In this document: positions 1-11,665 of the stretch, in pieces
Position numbering within the stretch: position 1 is the stretch's first letter
How the letters are laid out: every line of letters starts with the position of its first letter
Assembly: GCA_023231475.1 (NCBI GenBank)
Contig: JALJEE010000344.1
Location: 1-33,535 of the forward strand
Reading direction: 5' to 3'
Length of the DNA: 33,535 bases
Source: Seison nebaliae
Taxonomy: Eukaryota
Notes under the pieces: model-generated
Seen by the model: the letters and a program-made list of their open reading frames with translations, nothing else
Database searches by the model: none
What the model was told of the DNA's origin: nothing
Position numbers and translations under genes: made by a program

Positions 1-406
1 GAAGCGTTTTGTGAATTTCAGAGAATCGAGAAGCCATTTCTTCCTCTCTCGCAATCCTAAAATTCTGTTCTTCAAACATTCGACGTTGATTCTCTAACAA
101 TTCTTTCATATCACGTATGTTTGCCTCCTGATTATTGACAATAATTTCCAGGGATTTTAGGATCTGTTCGAGAGACACCGAATCTTTCTTCTCCAATGTT
201 TCTTTCAGTCCGTCAATGCCACTAAGAAGCTGACTATTCGTTACTCTGGCAGATCTAGAACTTGATCGAACTCTTTTTATGGTGGAACGTTTTGCGGGTT
301 GGTCGTTTTTTAACAGATTGCTTTCTATCTTCTATAGAGCAGCCAACATCTCCTCAGACATGGATGCATCGTTCTTAACGATATCGTCAGAACTCTTCGA
401 CGACAT
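1..406 (-). pseudogene. Coiled-coil ORF with one in-frame TAG, running off the left edge; possible retroelement ORF1/gag remnant
   Basis: From ATG 406 it reads MSSKSSDDIVKNDASMSEEMLAAL*KIESNLLKNDQPAKRSTIKRVRSSSRS...LEQILKSLEIIVNNQEANIRDMKELLENQRRMFEEQ... There is a single TAG at 334-332, no introns, and higher GC than the flanks. The TE origin is inference. Confidence 0.4.
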
Positions 407-583
407 TTTCGAGATCAAATGTTAAAAAAGATATAAGATATAAATGTTAAAAAAATTTTTTAAAAAATTTTTTTTCTTTTTTTCCTTTTCTAAGGAAAAA
501 CCAAAAGGAGTAGAACTGTCCGGCAACCGTTCTTTCTACATGTATTCAATTAATTTTTTTCCCAGCTTTTGAGCTTTTCATTG

Positions 584-649
584 GAAAGTACGTCGGACAA
601 TGTGAATTTGGGGGATCTGAACTAAATTCACGAATTGTCTGATATTTTC
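584..649 (+). ncRNA. Long stem-loop, pre-miRNA-like candidate
   Basis: 5' arm GAAAGTACGTCGGACAATGTGAATTTGG pairs with 3' arm CTAAATTCACGAATTGTCTGATATTTTC, with two 2-nt bulges and G-U pairs on the + strand. Confidence 0.3.
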
Positions 650-1162
650 TATAATAGTTGCTCACAGTAGGTCCGATTATTGATGCAATTTGTTCTGCAT
701 TCCGCCCTTTAAAAAAATTACCTTTTTAAATTGATAAAAAAACTAATGTAACGATCCTATCGTGAACTCAACTTATATAATGTTCTCGTAAAGTTACAAG
801 ATGTGACTTGCGGTCGCTATCAATTTAGTCATTGTAGTGCTAGTAATTTAGTGGTAGAAAATGCATTCAATTTAGTGATTCGTGTTCTACCTTGAAACCA
901 GTGAATAGGAATTCTTTATCCTTATTATTTATAATAAAAAAATAATATCATATAATTAAATAATAAATCATAAAGTATGGTAGTAAAATAAATATAATAT
1001 TGGTAAGAGCGTTAGATTTAAAAACATTAAATGATTAACTTGATTGAAAGTTTCATTAAGAACATTGATTCTTCAAGGATACTCAAAACGAATGATCATT
1101 ATTGCATAACCATTCCATATCATATTTTTCCTACCTAAACAGAATAAGAGAGAATAATTAAA

Positions 1163-2412
1163 ATGAATCAATCGATTAACAATTTTTCTTTTAAAATCTA
1201 TGAAACTTTATTTAATGAAAGTTTGAATTTTTTCGGAATTTCTTTAATTAATTTTTATAATTGAAAAGATGATAATCTCATCTTTTCCCCAGTCAGTTTA
1301 GCTACAGCAATGAGCTTAGCGACTGTAGGAGCTCGAGGAAAATGTTTCGACGAATTACAAAAAACTTTGAATCTTCCCGGAGATATTAAGACAATTGGCG
1401 ATGAATTTGAGAAATTAATGAAATCGTTAAATTCATTGAAAGAAGTAACAATGGTGAACAAGATGTTTGTTCATGCTGCTATGAAAATTGAACCATCATA
1501 TAAAGGAATAGCGAAAGAACAATTTCAAGCAGAAGCACGAAATGTCGATTTTGGAGGAGATACGAAACAAATTGTTGATGAAGTGAACAATTGGGTCTCT
1601 GAAAATACAAATGAATTGATAACACAATTGTTAAGTCAATCGGACATCAATCCCTTATCGAGATTGATTTTATTAAATGCAATTCATTTCAAAGGAATGT
1701 GGAAATCCCAATTTAAAAAAGAGAGAACTCAACCCTTTGATTTCCATAAGGCCAATGGAGAAGTCGTTAAAATGCAAGCAATGATAGAAGCTGAAACGAA
1801 ATTTGATTTTAATCCAAATTGTAAGGAATTGGATGCAAAAGTATTAAAGATGCAATATTTGGGAGATCGATTATCATTTGTTGTAGTTCTGCCCAATGAC
1901 GAAAAGAATGGATTCAAAAAAATTTCAAATAAATTTAATTCACAAATTTTCTCTCAGATCTTGAAGAGAATGCCACACATGAAAGTTACTGTAGTACTTC
2001 CGAAATTTAAAATAGAAACTTCGGAATCTGTTGGTATTTTGAACTATTTATTATAATTACCTATAATATAATATTTAAAATTTCTAACAATTTATTTAAT
2101 TCTCAGATGGTTAAAAATTTCCAAAAACTCGGAGTTTCACGTTGTTTCAATGACAAATCCGATTTTACTGGAATAGCGAAAGAAGAAGAACTTTATATTT
2201 CTGAAATTCTCCACAAAGCTGTTATAGATGTGAATGAAGAGGGAACGGAAGCTGCAGCAGCGACTGCTGTGATGATGATGACTCGATGTGCAATGGTCCA
2301 ACCAATGGAGATAGTTTGTAATCGTCCATTCCAATATTTCATTTATGACGAACAACAAAATATGATTCTATTTGCGGGTCATTTTGCCAATCCACAAACT
2401 GTCATCTCTTAA
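1163..2412 (+). CDS. Serpin, intracellular type, ~374 aa; exons 1163-1220, 1269-2029, 2107-2412
   Basis: Motifs NLIFSPVS, LLNAIHFKGMW, LPKFKIE, hinge EEGTEAAAAT and CNRPF. Introns 1221-1268 and 2030-2106 restore the frame. Predicted P1-P1' is Arg-Cys. No signal peptide. Confidence 0.95.
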
Positions 2413-3050
2413 ATCTTTATTCAAAATCACTATTTCAATAGATGACATTTATTAGCGAGCTTTTCAATGTTTTCAGCATTTCTCCTTTAAATTTTATTAA
2501 TATCAACATTCCATAAACACATTTGCTAATGAATGCTTTATTCTTTAAAAATGAATAATTTTAGAATCTCACTTCAATTAAAATATATCACTTCACTTTA
2601 TTACGATAACTAGGTAGTTAATGATTATTTAAACATTTGTAATGAAATTTATAAAATTCTCTTTTAAAATCTTAATTGTATTGATGTATTAAATATGCTT
2701 CGTCATTATAATTGCAAAATGTTTGAGATATGGATTCAATCGAGAATAAAATTAAAAAACTTAATTGAATAGTTATTATTAGTAATACGAGAAATATTAG
2801 TAAGCAATAAGTCTTAAAATGTCAAGTAGTCTCTATTTATAGGATTTTTATGACTGCCTCTATGATGAGGTGTTTAATACGACGTCATTATTTGTCAGCT
2901 CATTTTCTTCCCAATGATAAAATTCTCTATAAATTAACATGTCCAAATGAAATTTAGTTATTATATTAAATAAAACTTTTATTTTCTTGAATATTTTATC
3001 CTTATAAATTAGTTGTTGACATATCTTTCTTTAAACAAAAGTAACCTAAT

Positions 3051-4383
3051 ATGATTCGGCTACTTTTGATATTTGGGTGTGTTTGGTCATTTTGTTCTGG
3101 TGTGTCCTTATTGGAGGAACTGATTGGTACCTCGCATGAAGCGGAATTAAAAGAAATCAGTCGAACTGTTAATCAATTTTCTTTCAAAGTTTATGAGCAA
3201 TTATTTGACAAAAGTTTTCTTTTCTTGAAACTTTTTATCTAACCAATTCTTCAAATTTCTCGTTCAGATGAAAATCTGATATTTTCTCCTGCTAGTATAG
3301 CTACAGCAATGGGTCTCGCGGTGGTGGGAGCTCGTGGGAAGACTTTTCAACAATTAAGATCCGTTTTGGAATTACCGAGTGATATCCAAAGTGTTGCTTC
3401 CGAATTTGGTTATATGATGAAATCGTTCGATTCGTTGAAGGAAGTGACGATGGTCAACAAAATGTATGTACACAACAAAATGCCTTTGGAGACGTCATAT
3501 AGATATCTCGCTACGGAATATTTCAAGGCAGATGCTCAAAACGTCGATTTTGGGGGAAACAAGAAGAAAATTGTGAGCAATGTCAATAACTGGGTATCAA
3601 AAAATACGAATAACTTAATTACTAAATTGTTGGACGAATCTGATATCACTCCACTTACTAGACTGATTTTGTTAAATGCAATTCACTTTAAAGGAACATG
3701 GTTGAAACAATTTAATAAAAGATCTACCAGACCTTCCATCTTCACCTTATCAAATGGAAGAAGTTCGAGTATTGATATGATGAATATACAATCGAAATTT
3801 CGGTTTATGGAAAACTCGAAAGATTTCGATGCAAAAATTCTGAGCATGCCATATGAGGGAGATCGTCTTTCTTTTATTATAATGCTTCCTAACGACAAAA
3901 AGAAAGGCTTCGAAACGATTTCTTCCAAATTTGATTCAGAACTTTTTCACAAAGTCGTCAACAATTTACTAGTTCAAAATGTTCAAGTTTCCATTCCGAA
4001 ATTTAAAATAGAAACAGCCGAATCTGTTAGTTGTATTGATATTGTTTTTCTTCAATTTTCTTCCCATCATTTAGTTAAAGAAACCATTGATCGACATGGG
4101 AGCTGATAATGCCTTCACCGGTTCAGCCAATTTCCAAGGCATATCTAAAAAAGAAGATTTGTATATTTCCGATGTTTTACACAAGGCTGTTCTTGATGTT
4201 AATGAAGAAGGTACAGAAGCTGCTGCAGTCACAGGGGTGATAATGAACACCAAAAGTTTCTCCCATCATAAGCCACTACAGATTATTTGCAATCGTCCTT
4301 TCCAATATTTCATTTATGATCATAAATTGAATATGATCCTTTTTGCTGGACATTTCGCTAATCCTAACTCGATAATTCAATAA
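3051..4383 (+). CDS. Serpin, secreted type, ~409 aa; exons 3051-3213, 3268-4025, 4075-4383
   Basis: Hydrophobic N-terminus MIRLLLIFGCVWSFCSG, the same serpin motifs and the same two intron positions as the upstream paralog. Hinge EEGTEAAAVT; predicted P1-P1' is Lys-Ser. Confidence 0.95.
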
Positions 4384-4801
4384 TTCAAATACACATCGTG
4401 ATAAAAGAAAATTATGATAATTTGAAAAGTGATTACAAAAAAAGATAATTAAATTATTTCTTAATTTTAATTTTTAACATACATTTTGAAACTTCATGAA
4501 AAAATCAAATCGAAAAATGTAAAAAAATCATTTAATCACAACTAAATATCTTTTAATGAAACCCGTATTGAAATTGAAAATTAATTTTTAGGAGAAATTT
4601 TTCTCTAACCGATTGATTTTAAGATGAATCTTTATTAAACTTTAAGAAGATTTTATTGTGAAAAAAATAAGAGATGATAAATTATTTCATTTCAGATGTT
4701 TTTATGGCAAAAAGTATGGTAATAAAAACATTTAATCAATAAACTGTTAAGAAATAAATAAAGGATTTAAATTCTAAATTTTAGAGTTATGAAGATCGTC
4801 T

Positions 4802-6319
4802 TTATAATTTAGTAGCGATGGCTTCGACCCATCGTTGATCGCCTCTGTTAACAAAGTCAATTTTTCGATCCCAATTATTAATAATTTTCGTAAATTCAAT
4901 TTCAGACCAATCGTCAATAAACTTTTCTTTATTATTCATTAATCTCGTTCGTTCCAATTTGAGATAATAAAGAAAGTCATTCGTTCGATCGATCACCTTC
5001 ACATTCACGAATCCAACCTCTTCCAACAATCTTTTATATCCATTCGTGGAACATAAAGAGTAGCCGCGTCCGTCGATATATTGTTTAAATTCGTCCGACC
5101 ATTCTTGATCACTACAAGAATAATCAGAGAAGACTAAAATTGATTTGGATTTCATCCAATTCTTGAACATCTCGAACATTTTCTTCTTATCCGCTATGTG
5201 TAGGAATGTGTCTCTCGAATAAATGATATCAAAACAATCGTTATTAAATTTCCGATGCATAACGTCACTAATTTCGAATCTAACTGAACAATTCTCTTTA
5301 GATTGTTTTTGTAATTTATCTTGTGCTAACTCGATCATATTCGTCGACAGATCAATTCCAATAATATCGATATTTAATGTTTTGGATATGAGAAAATCGC
5401 CGCCACCAACACCACATCCAACATCAAGGAGTAAAGGTCTCTCTTCAAAACTTTTACGAAATGGATCCAAATATTTTGTGATGAATTGTTGAGTAGTTTC
5501 TTCGCCGCCTGTTGAAATATACCCGTCACCATAAACGGATTCATATCGAATAATCGAAGTTGTTTCATATTGTCGATTATCAAGAAATGATTGAAATGTT
5601 TCGAATCCTTTATATGGTAATCCTTTCTTCTTTTCATAAAGCCAATAAATCTGATTTGAATTTTTCCTCAAAGCAAAATAACTTTGATTCGATCTCTGAA
5701 AACGAATTTCGAACACATAATATTCATTCTCTTTATCATGTTTCATATTACATCGTTCCATAATTTCCGTATATTGATGAGGTTTCCGATAATGTGTTGG
5801 ATTGTCACTCGTTTCATTCGATTTGTCACCGGATTTATGGAAACATGATTCTCGGAATACAAATTTGCCATTCGGTTTTAGCCATTTCAAAATTCTCGCC
5901 ATTAATTCCTCCAAATCACCATCACTTATGTACATGAAGAGCCAATTAGAAAAGATCATATCGAATGATTCTTTCGGAAAATCGAGATTTAACACATCTG
6001 CTTCCACATAATCGATATTGTCTTTCGATGAATTCATCTTCTTATTTTCCTCTAAAAATGATCCAACAAAATCAACAGCCGTTATATGTTTCGCTTCATT
6101 GGCGAGACAGGCGGTAAAGCGACCAATTCCACAACCCAATTCGAGAATGTTCATATCTTTTATGGTGGGCAAAGACTCCAAAATCTCTTCCGTATCATGT
6201 TCGATAATTCCTGAATCGTTCTTATTGATTAATAACATGGAATTCATGTTGGGCTGATGTTGTTGCCAAAATTTTTTCATTTTTTCCGTTTCTATAGTCG
6301 TAGGAGAAATATTTGCCAT
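4802..6319 (-). CDS. pmt: Phosphoethanolamine N-methyltransferase (PEAMT/PMT), two tandem SAM-methyltransferase domains, 505 aa, intronless
   Basis: Domain 1: LELGCGIGRFT, FSNWLFMY, FRESCFHKSGD, NPTHYR. Domain 2: YGDGYISTGG, LDVGCGVGGG, YSRDTFLHI, C-terminal GDQRW. Confidence 0.93.
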   Translation of the reverse strand: MANISPTTIETEKMKKFWQQHQPNMNSMLLINKNDSGIIEHDTEEILESLPTIKDMNILELGCGIGRFTACLANEAKHITAVDFVGSFLEENKKMNSSKDNIDYVEADVLNLDFPKESFDMIFSNWLFMYISDGDLEELMARILKWLKPNGKFVFRESCFHKSGDKSNETSDNPTHYRKPHQYTEIMERCNMKHDKENEYYVFEIRFQRSNQSYFALRKNSNQIYWLYEKKKGLPYKGFETFQSFLDNRQYETTSIIRYESVYGDGYISTGGEETTQQFITKYLDPFRKSFEERPLLLDVGCGVGGGDFLISKTLNIDIIGIDLSTNMIELAQDKLQKQSKENCSVRFEISDVMHRKFNNDCFDIIYSRDTFLHIADKKKMFEMFKNWMKSKSILVFSDYSCSDQEWSDEFKQYIDGRGYSLCSTNGYKRLLEEVGFVNVKVIDRTNDFLYYLKLERTRLMNNKEKFIDDWSEIEFTKIINNWDRKIDFVNRGDQRWVEAIATKL

Positions 6320-6437
6320 GATGAAAAATAAATGTTTAGAAGAGTATAAAGAATTTGCGTGAATTTCTTATCTGTGATTTACTTCTCCTTTTTTATCATT
6401 TTCATTTGTCAGTTCATCCTTGAATTATTATGTAAAC

Positions 6438-6446
6438 TCACGTGAT
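6438..6446 (-). promoter_or_regulatory. ATCACGTGA E-box (SREBP/USF/TFEB-type) ~120 bp upstream of the PMT start
   Basis: Palindromic TCACGTGA at 6438-6445 in AT-rich intergenic DNA. Function is inferred from the motif only. Confidence 0.3.
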
Positions 6447-6957
6447 ACTTCTCTCCATCGGTCACTCATACAATTTCGATGTTCGATTTCCCTCTATTCT
6501 TAAATCGTTTACGTACATAAAATGTTTACTGTATTCTTTTTAGGAAATTTTGAATTACATTAAATTTCTTTAAAACATTTCAATAGACTAGAATTGTTTA
6601 TCTAATAGATTCTATTAAATAGAATCTGCCGATTTCTACATTTCTCTCCAACGTTCAAAATTTCATTCTTTTCACATTCATATCACTACTACTAATATTA
6701 CGTCACGATTAATTAAGTGTAAGTATTAACTACTACTAAACATGATTGAGGATCCCAATCTGAATTTTCATGAGATAATCACCTCACGGAAATTGCTGAT
6801 CAGTCAATTAAATGGTTAGAAATTATTAATTTTTATTATAAGAAAAAACTTTAAAATTTTATAAATTTAAAATGGAATTCAAATATTTAGTTTTAACTCG
6901 TCAAATATTGAGCAAATCAATCTTTAGCGTAAATTCCATGCAGAATTAAGGAAACTA

Positions 6958-9900
6958 TTATTTTGTGCATAGTCGGTGCACAATTTTATTCATCATTTCT
7001 TTATTGTCTGTCTTTCTCCTATTCTTCTACTTTTATCTTAATTGAGGAAGAAAATGTAGGAAATTGAAATAAATAATAAATTTAACTCCATGAGTATAAA
7101 AGGAATAGTTTTTGGTTGATGCCATAGCACAATAACTATCGTCTTGTTCGACGGCTGGCACATCATATTCGTAGCCTAGTAATAAAATCACAAGATGGTC
7201 GAACGGAAGCTAATTTGATAATGAAAAAAATAGTTTGAAATTAGAAATTAACTGATGTGTGTAGATCAACGATATCAGCATGATTAATGTAGAAAGGCCC
7301 ACATATTTGACGATTATCTCGTTTGTCATAAACACAACCTTGAATTAAGACCATATCATGAACGATGGTAATCTTACCTGTAGTTGCGTTAATGGCCGAT
7401 GTTGGAAGTAGACAACTCTTTTCTAATAAGAGGAGAATTTGTGGAATTGTCAATGTTTCGAATTTGGGATGATTTGACAACACCGTTTTCGCCACATCGA
7501 ACGAATACATTAACCACATTCTCAATCGTAATTGATAAATATCATCAAATTTCTTCCATCCATCACGAATACAATTATATGGAATATTCAAAATATGGAT
7601 GGGCGTTCTAGCAATCGCTTTCGTCGTCCATAATATATCATTCAATATTTCCTTCTCACCATTCATTTGTCCCGGTCCCAAATAATAGACAGTGTCTTCA
7701 GAAGACGGTTTAAATTTCGAATGAACGACCTGATTCTTCTTAGACCAAGGACAACTTAACGAATTCCAAATCCTTTTTTTTGTTGTGAAGTTTAACGATA
7801 AACGACTGCCTTCACTTAACGAGAATGTTGATCGCATGTTACTATCGTTCGATTGATCGATTGTGTGCACTTCCACAATTCCTGAAACGATCACATAAAT
7901 TCCTGCACACGGTTCATTGATGGTGTGGAGGAGATCGTTAGTTTTAAAGAATAGTTTCTGCGAATGTTCCAAAAACCATTCGGCCATTGGCGGGGCATTT
8001 CTTAGCCAGCTAATTTGAAGTATTCTATCGAATGACGATGGAACATGAAAATTTAATGATAGTTCGAGCGCATCTAATTTTTTATTAATATTCTAAAATT
8101 CAGAATAAAATTATTTAAATATGAAAAGAAGAATAACTTTCTTTATTTCATCAATCTCATTTTTTAGTTGGATAGTTTTAGTCGCTACTGATTCATTGAA
8201 AGTAAGTAATTCTCTTAGCGTTGATCGAATGATCAATTCGGTTTTAACTTTGCAAGCGATCTCTGGTAATTTATCTTCTTTCTTCGCTAGATAATATGTA
8301 ATTTCATTGATGGCTTTCGTCAATTCCATTCTCATTCGATCAACTGCATTTTGTTCGAAATTATTGAACAATTTAGTCACGTTACGAAAAAGATACAATA
8401 ACGAATCGCGATAGACTTGGAGGACTTGATATTCCAAAGAAATATTTTTATCCATTCGAAATATGATTAAATAACTAATCAATCCTTTCAATTTCTATAA
8501 AAAATCATTTTCATTAATTTACTATTTATTTTTTGAATAAGAATATTTGAACTTTCACCAATTTCATGAAAACGAGTAAACCGGTATAGTATAAGTATCT
8601 TTTCGTCTCATGATACATGGGACAAACTTTCTGTGCTTCTCCCGAAAGTGTCTTCCCACTAAACTCATACGGTGCGTCACATTTGGCATGATTTCCAAGA
8701 ACATAAATCACAGTAGCTGTACTATGAATGAAAACGATTACATTGACATAACTCCAAATCTTCTTCAACCATAATCTCACTCCATATCCGAGAATCTGAG
8801 AAAGTTTATGATGATATACAAATTCAAATGAGATTAAATGAAAACATTAAATACGATTTCCAGAATATAAACACAGCAAAGGACAGATATGACGGAAACT
8901 AGTTGTAGTTCGAATCGTTGTTGGAAAAGTTCTCGATCATTCGGATTCAATATGATGAAAATGTAAGAAAGTAAATGAATGGTGGCAAGAACGGCATGGA
9001 AATATTTGTATGGACGATATGAAATATAGTGGAACATCATTCGACGGAAATTGGACGTGTGATCAGGTAGGCTAGTTGCACGTCCTCTGGAAATACGTTT
9101 CGACTGAATTTAAAGTTAAATGTGAATGAATTAAAAAATTTAACGATTTTCATCATAATGGAATTTAGGAAGCCTTGTGAAAGATATTTGTTGAATAGAC
9201 TGATATCTAAAATACATTCATCCATATTTTTTATTCGATTGATGATATTGATTATGATACCGACGACATCTTTCGATACAGCCAATTGATGGAATTGAGC
9301 CCATAAATATTTCTAGAAAAAATTATTTAGATTGAATTAATTCGAGGATGAATGGAATAATTTGAATTTAACTGTTTGTAAATCCAGCGCTTGTAATCGA
9401 GCTTTCTGGAAGACTTTTGCATTAAACAATTTATTTTTTTTTGCTAAAAATGTCAATTCATTAATTTGTGTCGTTACTAATTTCAGTTTGAGTAATGGAC
9501 TCACATCGATTTTGTCTTCAGTGATATATGCCAAATAATCTTCAATTAATTCAGTGTTCTGTTGTTCTCGAGAACCGAATATGGTCAAAACGCTTTTTTC
9601 CGATTTTGCGTCTATATCGATCGCATCCATTTCGGGATCGGATCCCTCCATTAATAAATCGGATTCATTATGATCTATAAAAGTAAATTTCACAACATAT
9701 TCATTGATTTTACTCACCTCCTATCACATCGGTAACTTTCGTGTAATTTTCCACTAAAGCCCAATTTGCGTCGGCTAAATATCTGTCTTTTTTTAGTGCG
9801 CTAAGAATAAAATCCCTCTCACCCATATTGGCAGCGACAAGAAGATTAACGTTTTTATTCCGTTCGAAATCATTACTTTGTAGTCCTATGAATTAAATTA

Positions 9901-11362
9901 GATTTGAATATGAGAAAAGAGAAATGGAACCTAAAAGTTTTACAATGTATGGAATGCTCGTTCCATTAATGAGAATGGTGAATAAGACCATTCCAGATGT
10001 ATGGATCATGGTATGAACACCAAAACCATGATGGAGTTCTTTTGAATTACCGAGAGCTAAAGCTAAAGCCTGACCAACAGCACCACGTAATCCACTCCAT
10101 GCAATTATACCACAAGATGACATATTTAATTTGGGACCGACTAGATTGATAATTGGAAGTGAAATGAAGAAAACGAACATTCTAAAAGAATATTGAAAAT
10201 TATTGAGTAAATAGGAAAATTATAGAACCTAGAGACATTAATGATGAGATAAGAGACAGCGATATACAACCATTGGTAATCACCAAATACTAAGGACCAT
10301 TTGTTACTCAATTGTTGAGTGACTTTCATTCCCACCACCAAAAAGAGTACTGTATTCGCTATGTGACTTAACGTTTCCCAAAAACGATGGAGAAAAGGAC
10401 CTACATTCGCACTGATACACGCTTCATTAGATGCCAATATCTGTCCCATTACCACTAAAGCTAGTACACCGGAAACTCCTATTCGTTCCGATAGCCAATA
10501 TACTAAATAAGGGAACGATATAGTGAGTAGAATTTCGGATGACGAATCGTCGTCAATATGGTCTAATGAATATACCAAAATCTTTCCGAATATATAACCG
10601 AAACCAATTCCACCAAATATCACTTTGCAAATGGTGAAAACAGTTCCCATAACTATTAAAGGGGAAAATGAAATTCAAAAGATTTCAAAGACCAAACCAC
10701 TACTGGAATGATATAAAAGATTGTCACGTAACAAATTATAAAGAATAATTGCAGCGCCATCATTTAACAATGATTCGCCTTCGATCAATACAGCAATTTC
10801 TTCCATGGCCGCTGAATTAATATGATATTAATTAAGGGAAATCATAATAAATAATAACGCATTTCTTTTAGGAAAGCCACAACCGTAACCGGATCAGTAG
10901 CCGATACTATAGCTCCATAAAGAATAGCTTGTGTCAATGTCCATTTATATGGGTAAATTAACATCACCAAACCAGCAGTTATTCCTGTAATAGCCACTAT
11001 AAAATAATGAATGCAGGATGAATCAGAAGATGAATCTTCATCAACTAACAAAAACCGAGAGTTGCCATGAATAATACTTGAAGGAAAGCTCGTTTGAATA
11101 ATTGATGATTGGCAGTGAATGCCGAATCGAATATGAGAATTGGTAAGAAGATGAGCATGAATAAATGTGGGTCGAGTGAAATGAAATGGTAGAAAACTCT
11201 CACCGAACTAAAATGAACCGGAATCAAACCCAAGAATGTACCCAGTATCAATAAGAGAACGGTATAAGGTACTCCAGTTGAACCCAGTGCCGATTTGGCG
11301 AATGCACCAACACTCAATATAATTGTCAGGAAAGCGACAATCTCATAATGATTTTGACTCAT
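6958..11362 (-). CDS. SLC9C: SLC9C (sperm-type) Na+/H+ exchanger with voltage-sensor-like and cyclic-nucleotide-binding-like domains, ~1255 aa, 14 exons
   Basis: CPA1 motifs FLPILIFDSAF, SATDPVTVVA, LIEGESLLNDG, GVSGVLA, WSGLRGAVG; SLC9C-type DRYLADANW; four-helix segment with ILEIVFNILGYG; CNBD-like GIYVIVSGIV...GE. Exons 11362-11050, 10996-10859, 10811-10698, 10652-10229, 10181-9931, 9885-9718, 9674-9373, 9312-9145, 9103-8846, 8795-8553, 8494-8138, 8092-7253, 7209-7087, 7026-6958 sum to 3768 nt in frame. The last acceptor is uncertain. Confidence 0.88.
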
Positions 11363-11665
11363 GCTCACAATTTTTGTGAATTATTTACAATGAATATAAA
11401 ACTAAATAATTTTTAAAATATTCTCAAGTAACTGCTCATTCTAACGATAAGTACTTTTCCGTTAAATTTTCCGTTAATTATTTACAACTAATTATTATTC
11501 ATACAAAATAACTGACATTTAAAATAGTTTTTTAATCGGATGATATTGAATATCAACTATACTGATTGGAAATAATAATTATTAAATAGTAATTAATTAA
11601 TAGAATTTTCACTGTTTAAATTTAAAAAAATTTTGTCTTTTAATTTCAATTACCATTTTCTGTTA

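Noticed and set aside
747..798. TGTAAC...GTTACA LTR-like inverted termini
   Set aside because: Only 52 bp, with no target-site duplication or second copy.
1255..6257. Numerous 60-90 aa ORFs antisense or out of frame to the serpins and PMT
   Set aside because: Shadow ORFs of real genes with no independent evidence.
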